Assembly (NCBI RefSeq): GCF_006345805.1 | Contig: NC_043026.1 | Coordinates: 7,502,001-7,566,000 of the forward strand | Length of the DNA stretch: 64,000 nucleotides | Source: Octopus sinensis | Taxonomy: Eukaryota | Direction: 5' to 3' | Part shown: positions 10,831 to 24,828 of the stretch, one piece after another | Numbering within the stretch: the stretch's first letter is position 1 | Layout of the letters: each line of letters starts with the position of its first letter | Notes under the pieces: model-generated | The model's database searches: none | What the model saw: the letters and a program-made list of their open reading frames with translations, nothing else | What the model was told of the DNA's origin: nothing | Made by a program: the position numbers and the translations under genes

Positions 10831-11458
10831 TCGCCTTCGGCCCAGTGTGTCCATGCTGCCAACAAAGCACGCGGAATTCTGTTCTTGATTCGACGGTCAT
10901 TCGGAATGCTCACAGCAGCCATATTCCTACCACTCTATGTCACGCTGGTGAGACCCATATTGGAGTATGGGATTCAAGCCTATTCTCCTTATCTCCTCAA
11001 AGACATACAGCATCTCGAAAGAGTCCAGAAGCTGGCTACCCGCATGGTTCATGGTCTCAAAAATTTGTCCTACGAAGAAAGGCTGAGGACGCTCGACCTT
11101 TATTCTCTTGAAAAACGCTGCCGCCATAGTGATCTCATTCTCGCCCACAACATCATAAGCGGAAAGTGTAACCTCTCGAAAGAGCTGTTCTTCACTCCTG
11201 CTCCAGAGCGTCGGCTGCGGGGTCATTCCGAAAAGCTCTACCTGCGACGATTTCATCTCAATCGAAGGAGAGGAGCTTTCTCCGTCCGGGTTGCGGATCC
11301 GTGGAACAAGCTGCCAGACGAGATGGTAAAGATGCCGACGACTGCTTTGTTCAAAGCCTCCCTGGACCTCAAGTGGCCTGAACTCTTTACATGAACACCA
11401 CCCTGTACTTAACTCCATGTCCCCCTACATGGCCTTGCTATTTGCTTTTGAGCCAAAT

Positions 11459-11484
<26 letters not shown>
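10831..11484 (+). mobile_element. 5'-truncated CR1-group LINE (ORF2 C-terminus, 3' UTR, (TAAC)n tail) inserted in a SINE
   Basis: Uninterrupted frame to the stop at 11394: LYVTLVRPILEY...LERVQKLATRMV.GLKNLSYEERLRTLDLYSLEKR...RGHSEKL...FSVRV..WNKLP. Tail (taac)n; the host SINE resumes at actatagcctcggg. Confidence 0.92.
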
Positions 11485-11490
<6 letters not shown>

Positions 11491-11964
11491 GCCTCGGGCT
11501 GACCAAAGCCTTGTGAGTGGATTTGGTAGACGGAAACTGAAAGAAGCCCGTCGTATATATATATATATATATATATATGCGTTTGTGTGTCTGTGTTTGT
11601 CCCCCTAGCATTGCTTGACAACCGATGCTGGTGTGTTTATGTCCCCCGTTACTTAGCGGTTCGGCAAAAGAGACCGATAGAATAAGTACTGGGCTTACAA
11701 AAAGAATAAGTCCCGGGGTCGATTTGCTCGATTAAAGGCGGTGCTCCAGCATGGCCGCAGTCAAATGACTGAAACAAGTAAAGAGTAAAAGAGATAGAGA
11801 GAGAGAGATGGGGGGGGGAGATAGCTAGATCGATATATTAATGTTTGTTTTTATGTTCAGTTTTAATAAAACCAATTTTACATTAATCTATACTTGTGTA
11901 GAGTACAAATCTATTATTCATAAACAAGAATATTGTTGATAGTGACTTTGAAGTTTTGATCAGG

Positions 11965-12369
11965 CAAGCAGTATTGCCTGGCGTTGCTTGGGTTTGTTTT
12001 CTTTTCGACCCTTTAGAATTGGAATTTTTGAAAAGTAAAAATTCTGCATTATGTAGCTTGTTATTCTCTTTAAGTGAACATTTTTCTGGTTGAAATACAC
12101 CGAAAAATGGCGACACAGCAGTCAAAAAATCATAGAAAATAGGGATTTTCATAGAAAAAAAAGCACCTTTTTGATGTAAATAATTTTTGGCATTAACATG
12201 GTCCGATTTGAATTTTTTCTTCTACGGAATGAAGAGCAAGCCTTCTTCTATCATACTCTCAATTTTGGTCAACTTGCGCTGCAGGGTCTCGGAGGAGATA
12301 GTGTTAGATGAAGGCTATACCAAACCTGCCATACACACACAGACAACTTCAGCTTTATATAGAGAGAGA
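11965..12369 (-). mobile_element. Non-autonomous Helitron-like element
   Basis: On the minus strand it starts A|TC and ends with a GC-rich hairpin-like motif and a degenerate CTAG. The second copy at 19833-20041 keeps CTAG|T. Confidence 0.65.
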
Positions 12370-12384
12370 TTACCAGTCAATGTG

Positions 12385-12476
12385 TGCCACTAGTCCAATA
12401 TAGCAAGGATAGTCCATTGGACTCTTTGCAGCAAGTATGGACTTGACAGAGCAAAAAAGTGGTACAAACATAAAAT
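12385..12476 (+). mobile_element. R4/Dong-like non-LTR fragment
   Basis: SNIARIVHWTLCSKYGLDRAKKWYKHK resembles the RH..VA..(V/I)HW.LC..YG....KWY.H.P region of RLE elements. Confidence 0.6.
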
Positions 12477-12871
12477 CATTATTATTATCAAAATCAAAAT
12501 CAAAAATCAAAATCGATCAACATGAATGGAAATTGTAGCTGTGATACCAGTGCCGGTGGCACATAAGAGAACCATCCGAACGTGGCCGTTGCCAGCGCCG
12601 CCCAGAATGGCTTCCATGCCGGTGGCACGTAAAAAGCACCATCCGATCGTGGCCGTTTGCCAGCCTCGTCTGGCACCTGTGCTGGTGGCATGTAAAAAGC
12701 ACCCACTACACTCATGGAGTGGTTGGCGTTAGGAAGGGCATCCAGCCATAGAAACATTGCCAGATCAGACTGGGCCTGGTGCAGCCTTCTGGCTTCCCAG
12801 TCCCCAGTTGCACCGTCCAACCCATGCCAGCATGGAAAGCGGACGCTAAACGATGATGATGATGATGATGA

Positions 12872-12922
<51 letters not shown>

Positions 12923-13369
12923 GGTGGCTGGCTGGCAGAACCGTTAGCACACTGGATGAAATGCTTAGCGGTATTTTGTCCCATGCTCTCTGAACTGAGT
13001 TCAAATTCCGCCGAGGTCAACTTTGCATTTCATCCTTTCGGGGTCGATAAATTAAGTACCAGTTGAATGCTGGAGTCGATGTAATCAACTCATACCCTCC
13101 ACACCAAAATGGCTGCTCTTGTGGCAAAATTTGAAACCATTATTGTTATTATTAAGGTGGTGAGCTTGCAGAATCCGAAATGCTTAGTGGTATTTCATCT
13201 GTCACTATGTTCTGAGTTCAAATACTGCCAAGATTGACTTTGCCTTTCATCCTTTCAGGGTCAATGAATTAAGTACCAGTGAAATACTGGGGTTGATGTA
13301 ATTGATTGGTCCTCTCCTCCCACCAAATTTCAAGTTTGTGCCTATAGTAGAAAAGATTATCATCATCAT

Positions 13370-13575
13370 AATGGTGATGATGATGATGATGATGATGATG
13401 GTGATGGTGATGGTGATGATGATGATGATGGTGGTGGTGGTGATGATGATGATGATGATGATGATGGTGATGGTGATGATGATGGTGGTGGTGATGATGG
13501 TGATGATGATGATGGTGGTGGTGGTGATGATGATGATGATGGTGATGATGCTGGTAGTGGTGTTGATGATAAAGA
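13370..13575. repeat. (GAT/GGT)n trinucleotide microsatellite
   Basis: Seen directly; it produces the poly-His and poly-Met ORFs. Similar tracts at 45163-45522, 60825-61198 and 41545-41722. Confidence 0.95.
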
Positions 13576-13859
13576 TGAAATTTTTTCTGAGATATAGGGG
13601 AAAGATAAACTGGGGTCAAATCAGGTGTAAATAAGATCTAATCAGTTAGGGGCCACTGAAAGATCCTTTCTTCAGCAATAGCAACAACAACAACAACAAC
13701 ATACTTAGTGCTGTCAAATTCGGGGTTTCTTAGTGGCAGGTTTAAATTCACTCCTTTATCAATGCAATCTCTCTCTCTCTTTCACACACACACTCTTTCT
13801 CTCTCTCTTTATCACTATCTATCTACATATATTTTCTCCCCCTCTCTCTCTGTCTGTCT

Positions 13860-13915
13860 GCCTACCTACCTACCTACCTACCTACCTACCTACTTATCTA
13901 TCTATCTATCTATCC

Positions 13916-13947
<32 letters not shown>

Positions 13948-14006
13948 CTATCTGTCTATCTATCTATCTATCTATCTCTCTGTCTATCTATCTATCTATC
14001 TCTCTG

Positions 14007-14049
<43 letters not shown>

Positions 14050-14055
14050 CTATAC

Positions 14056-14112
<57 letters not shown>

Positions 14113-14125
14113 CATCTATCTCTCT
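13860..14125. repeat. (CTAC)n/(CTAT)n tetranucleotide microsatellite
   Basis: Seen directly. Confidence 0.95.
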
Positions 14126-14402
14126 GTCTCTCTGTCTGTCTGTCCCTCTGCCTGCCTGCCAGTCTGTCTATTGGTCTATCTACCTTTATGCCAGAGTATC
14201 CTACCTACCTGCCTAAGTGCTTGTGTCTCCATCACTCAATTTCGTCTACTTATCCATCTATCCATCTATCTGTCTCTTTATCCATTCCACCCCATCATCC
14301 ATTCGGCTGTCAGTTCACCCATCCAGCCATCTGGTTCACTCTCTCCATCTCTCTCTATCTACCTACATACCTGTCTGTCTGTGGGTTGTGTGTGTGTGTG
14401 GA

Positions 14403-14437
<35 letters not shown>

Positions 14438-14784
14438 AGAGAACAGAAAGGGGCCTGACCACCACCCTCCACCCCACTCACCTCATCAATACAGACAGAC
14501 ATGGGGACACACAGATATGCCACAAATTTTACAATATTTATTAAATTAAACTGTTCTTAATCACTGGACCCCCCCTTTCCCACCACCACCACCACCACCA
14601 CTATCACAACTGACCCCCACCCCTGCATGCGTCCCAGCCGCCTCTCATCCTGCCCTCCTCCTAAGAGAGAGAGGGAGAGTGGGAGGAGAGGGAGAGGAGG
14701 CAGGCGTGACAGAAATAATTGAAGGGGTTATTGCTGTCAGCCCCTTATTTTTGACACTTGAGGGCCAGATGGCAGCACTACAGA

Positions 14785-14860
<76 letters not shown>

Positions 14861-15131
14861 TACATACATATAGATACACACACATACGCACACATGCATA
14901 TACATATACATACACACACACACAAATATATATATATATACATGCACATACATATACACATACATATACATTTACATATATACATATATACACAAATACA
15001 AATATACATACACATATGCATATATATTATATATACACACACACACCTACATATATACACATATACACACATACACACACGTACAGATACATATACAAAT
15101 ATACATACACATGCATTATATATAATATATA

Positions 15132-15203
<72 letters not shown>

Positions 15204-15898
15204 ATATAGATACAATACACATACATGTATATATACACAGAGACAGAGGTGAAGGAGGAGGAGATGGTGACAAAAGAAAGCAGGAGGCTAAAAAAAATGA
15301 TGGCAAAGTGGAGGGGCAGCGGGGTGGGTGGGAGATCAGTGTTTGACACTGATGGTGGTTGTTGGGGGGTGGGGGCGGGGTCGAGGGGGTCATGACACAC
15401 TACCCACCACCCCCCGTTTCATACCCCCCCTTCACCCCCACCCCACCCACTGCCATTTGGCACCCAACAGTCATTATCAAAGTGTTGTTGTTATTGCTGT
15501 CGTTTAGCCCTGGGTCAGTCCTGATGCTGGAGCACCGCCTTTAGTCGAGCAAATCGACCCTGGGACTTATTCTTTGTAAGCCCAGTACTTATTCTATCGG
15601 TCTCTTCTGCCGAACCGCTAAGTTACGGGGACGTAAACACACCAGCATCGGTTGTCAAGCAATGCTAGGGGGACAAACACAGACACACAAACATATACGC
15701 ACACATACATACATACATATATACACATATACGACAGGCTTCTTTCAGTTTCTGTCTACCAAATCCACTCACAAGGCATTGGTCGGCCCGGGGCTATAGC
15801 AGAAGACACTTGCCCAAAGATGCCACGCAGTGGGACTGAACCCGGAACCATGTGGTTAGTTAGCAAGCTACTTACCACACAGCCACTCCTGCGCTTAT

Positions 15899-15931
<33 letters not shown>

Positions 15932-16196
15932 CATCATCATCATCATTTAACGTCCATTTTCCAGGCTAGCATGGGTTGGATGGTTCAACCGGGGTCTGGT
16001 AAGCCATGGAGGCTGCACCAAGCTCCAGTCTGGTTTGGCAGTGTTTCTATAGCTGGATGCCCTTCCTAACGCCAACCACTCCGTGAGTGTAGTGGGTGCT
16101 TTTTACGTGCCACCGGTACAGGGGCCAGAGGAGGCTGGCAAAGAGGCTGGCAAACGGCCACGATCAGTTGGTGCTTTTACGTGTCACCGTCCGAAC

Positions 16197-16233
<37 letters not shown>

Positions 16234-17437
16234 GCTTCACCCAGTTTCTATCTACAAAACCCACTTAAAAGGCTTTGGTTGGCTCAGGGCTTTAGTGGAA
16301 GATACTGGGCCCAAAGTGCCATGTAGTGGGATGGAACTCAGAACCAGATTGTTGGGAATCAAGCTTCTTGCAACACCTGAGTCTAAGAATCATAATTTTT
16401 TTTTGTTTGTTTGTTTTTTATTTTTGGTGCAGTGGATATTGAAGTACATAATGCTATAGACTATAGAATATAAATTTTAGATAAAAGATCCTTTGGATGG
16501 AAAAAGAGGGAGGCTGTTCATAGGACTTGAAACCTCATCCTTTGGTACACATTTGCATGCAAGTATATGAACACACACACACACGTGTATATACTCTTTA
16601 CTCTTTTATTTGTTTCAGTCATCTGACTGTGGCCATGCTGGACCACCATGTTTAATCGAGCAACTCGACCCCGGGACTTATTCTTTTGTAAGCCCAGTAC
16701 TTATTCTATTGGTCTATTTTGCCGCACCGCTAAGTAACAGGGACATAAACACACCAGCATCGGTTGTCAAGCAATGTTGAGGGGACAAACACAGACACAC
16801 AAACACACACACATGCATATATATATACATATATACGACGGGCTTCTTTCAGTTTCCGTCTACAAAATCCACTCATAAGGCTTTGGTCGGCCCGAGGCTA
16901 TAGTAGAAGACACTTGCCCAAGTTGCCACACAGTGGGACTGAACCCAGAACCATGTGGTTGGTAAACAAGCTACTTACCACACAGCCACTCCTGCGCCTA
17001 TATATACATGTATACTTATATAGACACACATTAACATACAACACACACACACACACATAACTGTGGAATGGCAACAAGTAGAGAGGAAAAAAATCTGAAG
17101 AAGGTTATTTCAACAATTGGCACTGGAAAATTGGCAGTCTCAGATAAATGGGGTGTGTGTGTGTGACACACATGAATATATGTGTATATCTATCTATCTA
17201 TCTATCTATACGTGTGTGTGTATGTATACACACACACATGTATATATGTACACATCTATCTATCTATCTATACTTAGATGTGTGTGTGTGTGTGTGTGTA
17301 CACACATTCATGTATGTATATATATATATGCACATACATATATATATATGTATAAATATATATCTGTATACACACGTAATGCACATACATACATATATAT
17401 ATATGTTTAAATATATATCTGTATACACAGATACAAT

Positions 17438-17471
<34 letters not shown>

Positions 17472-17661
17472 TATTACACATACATGACTATATCCATGTG
17501 TGTATATATGTATATATTTATATATATATACATACACATATATATACACATACATAAATATATGTACAGATACATGAATATATACATGTGTGTATATATA
17601 TATACATAAATATTTAATAATGTATATAATTTGCTTGTGTAAATATATATATGTACCTACT

Positions 17662-17704
<43 letters not shown>

Positions 17705-19121
17705 TAACAACATATATATTTATATATGTAAGCAAGATATCAAACTGAGCTGTTACAAGTCTAAAGCTAACTAACAGAGGGGGGTGGGGATGGAGCAGGA
17801 GGGGGCAGGGGGTGAGCGAGAGAAAGAGAGATTGAGAGAGAGAGAGGGGAGGAAGAAAGAGACAGACAGACATTGTCAGCAAGAGGATGGAGGCCAGGGT
17901 GGAGGGGTGGGGCTGCGGGGTGGGGGGACGAGTTGAATGTTAAATGAGTTAGCAGCATCCAGATATTTCACAAGAACCCCACAGAAATCCTGAGGGAATT
18001 CGAACCTGAAAATGGTGGAATAACGTCATAGACGCAGCACGGAAGATTTATTGCAGTTTTATTTGTAATTCTTTTAATTCCTTCTTGTTTTTCTTTGTTT
18101 TGTTTTTTTTTTTGTTTTTTTTTCCTCTGCCTTGGTTGAACATTCTCCCATCCTGGGGTCTGTTGAGTTCGCTTCTCCGTTTTCGTGTTTCTTGTTTGGA
18201 AATTAAACAGAACCATCTCGGTGTTGTTGATATGGCTTTTGACTGAACACAGTAGATTTTGGAGACCCACACACATGCATACATATATATTGATATATAC
18301 TTATATATAACTATAAACATATACATATTTATATCGATATAAAATCAACATTGAATGATGATGATAATAAACACACACACACACATATTATATATACAAG
18401 AATTAAAATAAAAACTTAAATTAGGCAATCAACTTTTTTTTACATATGATATGTCATCATCATCATCATTTAGCGTCCGCTTTCCATGCTAGCATGGGTT
18501 GGACGGTTCAACTGGGGTCTGTGAAGCCAGAAGGCTGCATCAGGCCCAGTCTGATCTGGCAGTGTTTCTACGGCTGGATGCCCTTCCTAACGCCAACCAC
18601 TCTGAGAGTGTAGTGGGTGCTTTTTACATGCCAACAACACAGGTGCCAGACGGGGCTGGCAAACGGCCACGAACGGATGGTGCTTTTTACGTGCCACCGG
18701 CACGGAGGCCAGCCGGGGTAGTGCTGGCAACGGTCACGATCAGATGGTATAGTTATAAATTCAATTTGAAGCATATATATATATATATAAGAATGAATGT
18801 TTTTATATATAATGAACGTGAAATACAGGAAGGGACGAACACGGAACACAGACAAATCATTCGAAGCCTTCAATCTTCAGTCAGACACCGAATCATCATA
18901 GCAAATTTCGGCTGTTCAATTCTGATATTTGCCCCAAGAAAAAAAAAAAAAAAAAAAAAAAAAACTAAGCTGTAAGCATTAGATTTCTTGGTAGAAGACA
19001 GGAATGTGAACGCACAAGACGGATGTGAATACAAGAGACGAAAACGAAATTGAAAACAGTAATGAATAAACAAAATATATATAACGGTGGTTGTCATACG
19101 ACTTTAGACCAAATGAGACAA

Positions 19122-19153
<32 letters not shown>

Positions 19154-19581
19154 AATAGATGAGTGTATTTTTACCTTGTTAACAATTAATATGGAAAAAT
19201 AAATAAATAGTTACCAGGGTAGCAAAAATCTTACAAGTAAAGGTGTTGTAACTCCTTGTTTATAAAGGTAGAAACTTCGTATTTACGTTAACTCCATTTT
19301 TTATTCATATATATATATATATATATAATACATATTGACAAAATATATATGAATATTTTTGAAAGTATAAATATATATAAATATACATAAAAATATATGT
19401 AAATAGAATATACATGGGATACATATGGAAAAAATGAGGAAAAGTAAACACATAAAATTTTTTTCAATACTAAAATTGGGAGCTGTTAAAAGTGTCTAAA
19501 AATTCCAGAAAATAAATCCATAAAATTCAATCTGTTTTTTAACAAATATAAATAGTATATAATTGTAATTAGAGGAAAATT

Positions 19582-19676
19582 CCTTTCTATGGCCATTTCC
19601 AGAGTTCATGTCCTGGTAGAAAAATTAAAAGAAATTTTACAATCCCTGCGGACAATGTCCCCTTCATCAGGAAAGG
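19582..19676 (-). ncRNA. Type I hammerhead ribozyme motif (AUA triplet)
   Basis: Minus strand reads cctttc-CTGATGA-agggg...ctctg-GAAAT-ggcc-ATA-gaaagg. Perfect 6-bp stem I; stem III atggccat has a U-A pair in place of the usual C-G. Confidence 0.65.
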
Positions 19677-19832
19677 TATCCTCATTAGAGAATCACATTC
19701 TGACAATTTCTAGTTATTACAGAGGGATGGATATAGATTGATACCAAAATTCATTCTCACATATGCAAATGAGAGAATGGAGAACATGGAATGACGAGGC
19801 AAGTATATTAACCTGTTGAGATTTAAATCTAA

Positions 19833-20041
19833 CTAGCAGTAATGCTCGGCGTTGCTCGGGTTTGTTTCGACCCTTTAGAATTGGAATTTTTGAAAAGTAA
19901 AAATTTTGCATTATGTAGCTTGTTATTCTCTTTAAGTGAACATTTTTCTGGTTGAAATACACCGAAAAATGGCGACACAGCAGTAAAAAAATCGTAAAAA
20001 ATAGGGATTTTTCATAGAAAAAGAAGCACCTTTTTGATGTA
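19833..20041 (-). mobile_element. Non-autonomous Helitron-like element, 3' part
   Basis: Near-identical to 11965-12178; the minus strand ends acccgagcaacgccgagcattactgCTAG|T. Confidence 0.7.
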
Positions 20042-20293
20042 AGAAAGGAACATGGGGAAATAAACACAGAGAGAATATATATATATTTAAATAGGTGAAT
20101 GAATTATCCTATGTTTATCGTCAGCATGGAAAATTCGTTGAACCGAAACCTGGGTAGCAAATTCACGTCAGAAACACAGTTGAAGCGACCTGTCCAAGGG
20201 TAGAAACTCCGGGTTCATGTGCAGAAATTTGTGTGTTGTTTATGAATAAATGAAAGAATGGAGTCGAACAAAGATGTTAACAAAATTCCTTTA

Positions 20294-20373
20294 CTCTCGA
20301 CATATGTTTCGAAGACAACATGGTTTCATTCCAAAGGAATAAGGTGCATTATGCAATCTTCTCATCAGGAAAG
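20294..20373 (-). ncRNA. Type I hammerhead ribozyme motif (GUC triplet)
   Basis: Minus strand reads ctttc-CTGATGA-gaaga...tcttc-GAAAC-atat-GTC-gagag. Core is canonical, stem II closes with G-C, and stem I extends past a bulge (ccttt/aaagg). Confidence 0.78.
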
Positions 20374-20441
20374 AAAGGGAGCCTCTCTCAACAACAAGAC
20401 AAACAAAAATTACGATGACTGCCTACATGGTAAACAAAACG

Positions 20442-20492
<51 letters not shown>

Positions 20493-20493
20493 T

Positions 20494-20760
20494 ATATGCT
20501 TTATTATTAAACCTGTGTAAGCATAACAAAAACATCACAAAAAAACTGCTACTCAGAATTTCACCTTCCCTTTCATCAAGCAATTATGATCAGATTTTTG
20601 ATCCCCAATGCCTGATGAATGGCAACGTGAAACTCTGTATAGCAGTTTTTTTGCAGTAATTTTGTAATGTTTTTTGCAGATTTAATAATAAAGCATATTA
20701 CTCTACCTCTGGTAGTTGAGTAATATTTTTTCTCACCTTGTTTCACATTTATGTGCTTAC
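20494..20760. mobile_element. Fold-back element with degenerate hammerhead motifs in both arms; centrally deleted relative at 56565-56716
   Basis: Palindrome 20494-20698. The + arm has tgc-CTGATGA-atggcaacgt-GAAAC-tctgt-ATA-gca (20609-20644). The - arm has tgc-ttgatga...gaaat-tctga-GTA-gca. Confidence 0.6.
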
Positions 20761-20796
20761 TCGGCTATATATGTTTATATACAGATGTGTGTGTGT

Positions 20797-20831
<35 letters not shown>

Positions 20832-21766
20832 TCAATATATATATATGCTAAATGATGATGATGATGATGATGATATCCTCCATCCTTGTGTTATATTATT
20901 CTTAAATACACCCCCCCCCCCTAAACACATATATGTACATACATAGACTTGCATATATAGAAACACAAAGATATTCCCACTCTCACACAAACATGTACAC
21001 ATGCAAACACACACACATCAACAAACATACATACGCATAATTATATTTACACATACAACCCTACACACAGAAACGTGGACATCCACAAACTTACACATAT
21101 AAGCATATACACATGCAACCATTCAAACATATACACACACACAAATGCACACACACACATACATGCATAAAACTAAGCGCACACACACAAACAGGCAGAC
21201 ACACACACTCGCACACACACACAAATCACATTTTCTTTCCTTCTTCTTCTCAGAGAGATGTCAAACCCCCCCCCTGATAACCACCCTCTCTTTACCCATT
21301 CTTTCTCATCCCCCACTCTAGGTAACAGCGGTGGGGGAGGAGCTGACCTTTGAACTTTAATTCTTTCCCACCCACCCCCACAACCTTTCCATCAACACAA
21401 AATGCTGCCATCTCAGAGAGATGAGGGTGGGGGGAGTGGTGTTGATGGAGATGGTAGTGGTGATGGTGGTGGTGGGCTGGACTCTCAGGGTGTCATGTGA
21501 CAGACACGTAATTAGACCATCACATCCTGTCATAAAATGTCCACTGTTCTGATTGGATGAATGGATGATAATAATATGGGAAGACCAACGGAAAGACCCC
21601 ACCTCCTCATGGGATTCTGGGGAGGCTCATGGATGCTTGTAATATTCGGCTGCCTGTCCATCCATCCATCCATCTATCCTCACCTACCTATCTACCTATC
21701 TACCTATCTACCTATCTATCTATCTATCACATATGGTGCAGGCATGACTGTGTGGTAAGATGCTTG

Positions 21767-21812
<46 letters not shown>

Positions 21813-22365
21813 ATATATGTCATCATCATCATCGTTTAACGTCCGCTTTCCATGCTAGCATGGGTTGGACAGTTTGACTGAGGGCTGGCAAACCAGATGG
21901 CTTTGCCAGGCTCCAGTCTGATCTGGCAGAGTTTCTACAGCTGGATGCCCTTCCTAACGCCAACCACTCCGAGAGTGTAGTGGGTGCTTTTAGGTGCCAC
22001 CGGCACGAGGGCCATTCTGGCGGTACTGGCAATGGCCACGCATGAAATGGTGTTTTTTACATGCCACCTGCACAGGAGTCAGTCCAGCAGCACTGGCAAC
22101 GACATCGCTCAAATGTTTTGTTCACGTGCTACCGGCATATGTGCCAGTAAGGTGACGCTGGTCATGATCACGCTCAAATGTAAGATATATATATATATAA
22201 ATAGATGAGTGTATTTTTACCTTGTTAACAATTAACACGGAAAAAAAAAAAAAATAGTTACCAGGGCAGCAAATTTTCGAAACATGTGTCAAAAGTAAAA
22301 ATATTTGATTACACCTGCGTTAAACTCCATTTATTTATTCATATATATATACACACACACACACC

Positions 22366-22398
<33 letters not shown>

Positions 22399-22802
22399 TA
22401 TAGACATATGTGTGTCTGTGTGTGTACTCAGCTTCATATACACTAAAATACACTGCTATGGAGAGTACTTGCTCTATGTGGTCACACAACCTGCTAAATA
22501 TCACAACCAAATCTTCTGTGTCACACTGTACTTTAAACATAGGAAGGACACATTAGAGAATGTAGTTCAAGATACACCAGCGTTAAGAAAAGATTGGATG
22601 GTCATGGCTGAAACATCTTTGATCATAGGTCTCTCTGGATCAGGACTGATTTGGGGTTAAATAAGGAAAACAACAAGGAAGGGGACATTAGATAACGTAG
22701 TCCTAAACACACTGTGTATTAAGAAAAGAAGACATGGTGAAAGCTCTCTCGGATCAGGACTGGCCTGGGGCTAAATGATGACGATGACGATGACAACAAC
22801 AG

Positions 22803-23213
22803 TGGATGCACAATGGCCCAATGGTTAGGCAAGCGGACTCGCGGTTGGAGGATTGCGGTTTCGATTCTCAGACTGGGTGTTGTGTGTGTTTATTGAGCGA
22901 AAACACCTAAAGCTCCACGAGGCTCCGGTAGAGGGTGGTGGAGACCCCTGTTGTACTCTTTCGCTCCAACTTTCTCTCTTTCTTCCCGTTTCTTGTCCTT
23001 AACTTCCTACGCAACCGCTGAGCCTGGATGCGCATTCATCCATCCGTCGATGCTCTCGGTGTTGGGGGTTGACTGGCTTTCTCTTCTGCGGGTCTTACGA
23101 ATAGCAAAGGACCACGTTTTGGACTTCTCCCCAGAGGCACGATCTTGCGAGCTCTAGGACGAAGACCGTTCACTCAACAACAACAACACGACAACAACAA
23201 CGACAACAACAAC
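22803..23213 (+). mobile_element. tRNA-derived SINE family E with (CAA)n tail (partial second copy at 47645-47905)
   Basis: A-box tggcccaatggttag, B-box-like ggtttcgattc, shared body aaaacacctaaagctccacgaggctccgg, tail caacaacaac. Confidence 0.75.
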
Positions 23214-23256
23214 ATGGAGTTTTTACAGAGGCCTGGGCCACAAGTTTTATACTCAC

Positions 23257-23347
23257 TCAGGTATTAGATACTCCGGAGACGTGTGTTCAATTACGAAGCC
23301 AGCTTTTCGTAAATGATCAATGACGGTATGATTGCCCATAAAGTGAC
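23257..23347 (-). CDS. TRABD2: Tiki/TRABD2 internal exon (91 bp, phase 1 to 2) completing the GAGH motif
   Basis: Not called in this frame by the ORF track. Acceptor ttttgcag|GT CAC TTT ATG gives (G)HFMGNHTVIDHLRKAGFVIEHTSPEYLIP(E); donor GA|gtgagt. It continues the previous exon in frame, giving FAFGAGHFMGN. Confidence 0.95.
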
Positions 23348-24295
23348 CTGCAAAACATAAGGGTGGAATACGGGTAAGACATCGGTAGAACACATACACC
23401 CCACCCACCAAAGAAAAAAAAAATGTGGGTAGAATATGAAATATGTATTGCAGAGAGTTTGGGTATATATTAGGAAGAGTATAGAGTCAATATTCAACAA
23501 CAAACAAACTGGACCCTGTTAAACAAAAAACCTTCAGAGGAAATATTTGTATGTAATGGATGAGTCGGTCCTTTTATCATTTCAGCAGGTTCCTGGGTCA
23601 GGTGGGTCTTGTTAAGGTAGATTTTCTAGAGTCAGATTATATTCCTGTCACCTGTTTCCAAATAAGATATATCCCTGTAACTTAGCAGTTCAGCAAAAGA
23701 GACTGATAAAATAAGTACCAGGCTTAAAAAAATACCTCTTGGGGGTTGAATAAATGCTCAGATGCTAAAGATTAATCCAGAAGCAGTCTGCAGCATTTCT
23801 GAAATTTCTGTAATATTTTCACCCAGTTTAATTCTGTCTTCAAGTCCTGGTTGAGTTACAGAAACCAGTCAGCTGTGACAAGAAGTGTTTAACAAGGTTT
23901 GTTCAAAGTGCTACTACAACCATCTCTCTCTCTCTCTCTCCCTCTCTCTCTGGAATAACAAAAGGTGGCAGGTCAGCTTATTAGATCTGTTAGTAAGGAT
24001 ATGCTAGAATTACTATAACCTAGGGAAGTTACAAATGCTTCCCCTAAAAAGTTGCAAGACTTTTGAAATTGTACATATTACATCTTTTTATATACCTAAA
24101 TAATTGGAGTTTACAAAAAAAAAACAAAGCAAAAGATGAAGGTGGTTGTGTAAACAACAAAGAGTTTAGTTTAACCCTCGGGAAGTGAGAAAATCTTTTA
24201 CATTTTGAGCCTATGCTCTTCAACAGAAAGGAACATAGAAATAAGCAGAGAGAGAAAATAAAATGGTAGATAGGTAGATAGATACATTGTACACA

Positions 24296-24328
<33 letters not shown>

Positions 24329-24797
24329 AATAAGTATACATGTATATAGATATACAAATATATACACATATGTATAAAGTGTGTGTATGCCTAAATACCT
24401 ATATTCTGTCAGTCTGTCTCGCTCTTTCTCTCTCTCTCTCTTTCTCTGTGTGTGTATATAATATATATATATATATATATATAAATATATATGGTCAATC
24501 CAAACAAGAAAGCACAAAAAAACACAACAACGCGAGGACGTGGAACAAATATAGTATTATTGGACGCTAAGGAAAGGAGGAGGGTTTAACGTTTTGAGCG
24601 GAGCTCTTCGTCGGAAACATAAGAGAAGGAAAGATCCAGAGAAGGGAAGACAGAGGAAAAAAAAAAAATCGCCAACGGTACACACGAGGTCACATTTTGA
24701 ATAGTTAGTCATGTGTACGTACACACACAAATACCGTTATAATATATATGAGTATATAAATATGTATATATATGTGTGTGTGTATCTCACACACACA

Positions 24798-24828
<31 letters not shown>

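Noticed and set aside
13269-14544. Long poly-His, poly-Met and YLSI ORFs, and the many YI/CV/HT-rich ORFs across the window
   Set aside because: These are translations of stop-poor microsatellites, with no splice or homology support.
18048-18242. Basic minus-strand frame after a cag acceptor, considered as a Tiki exon
   Set aside because: The required phase-2 frame hits TAA after 12 codons and no good GT donor follows; the Lys richness comes from a poly-T tract.
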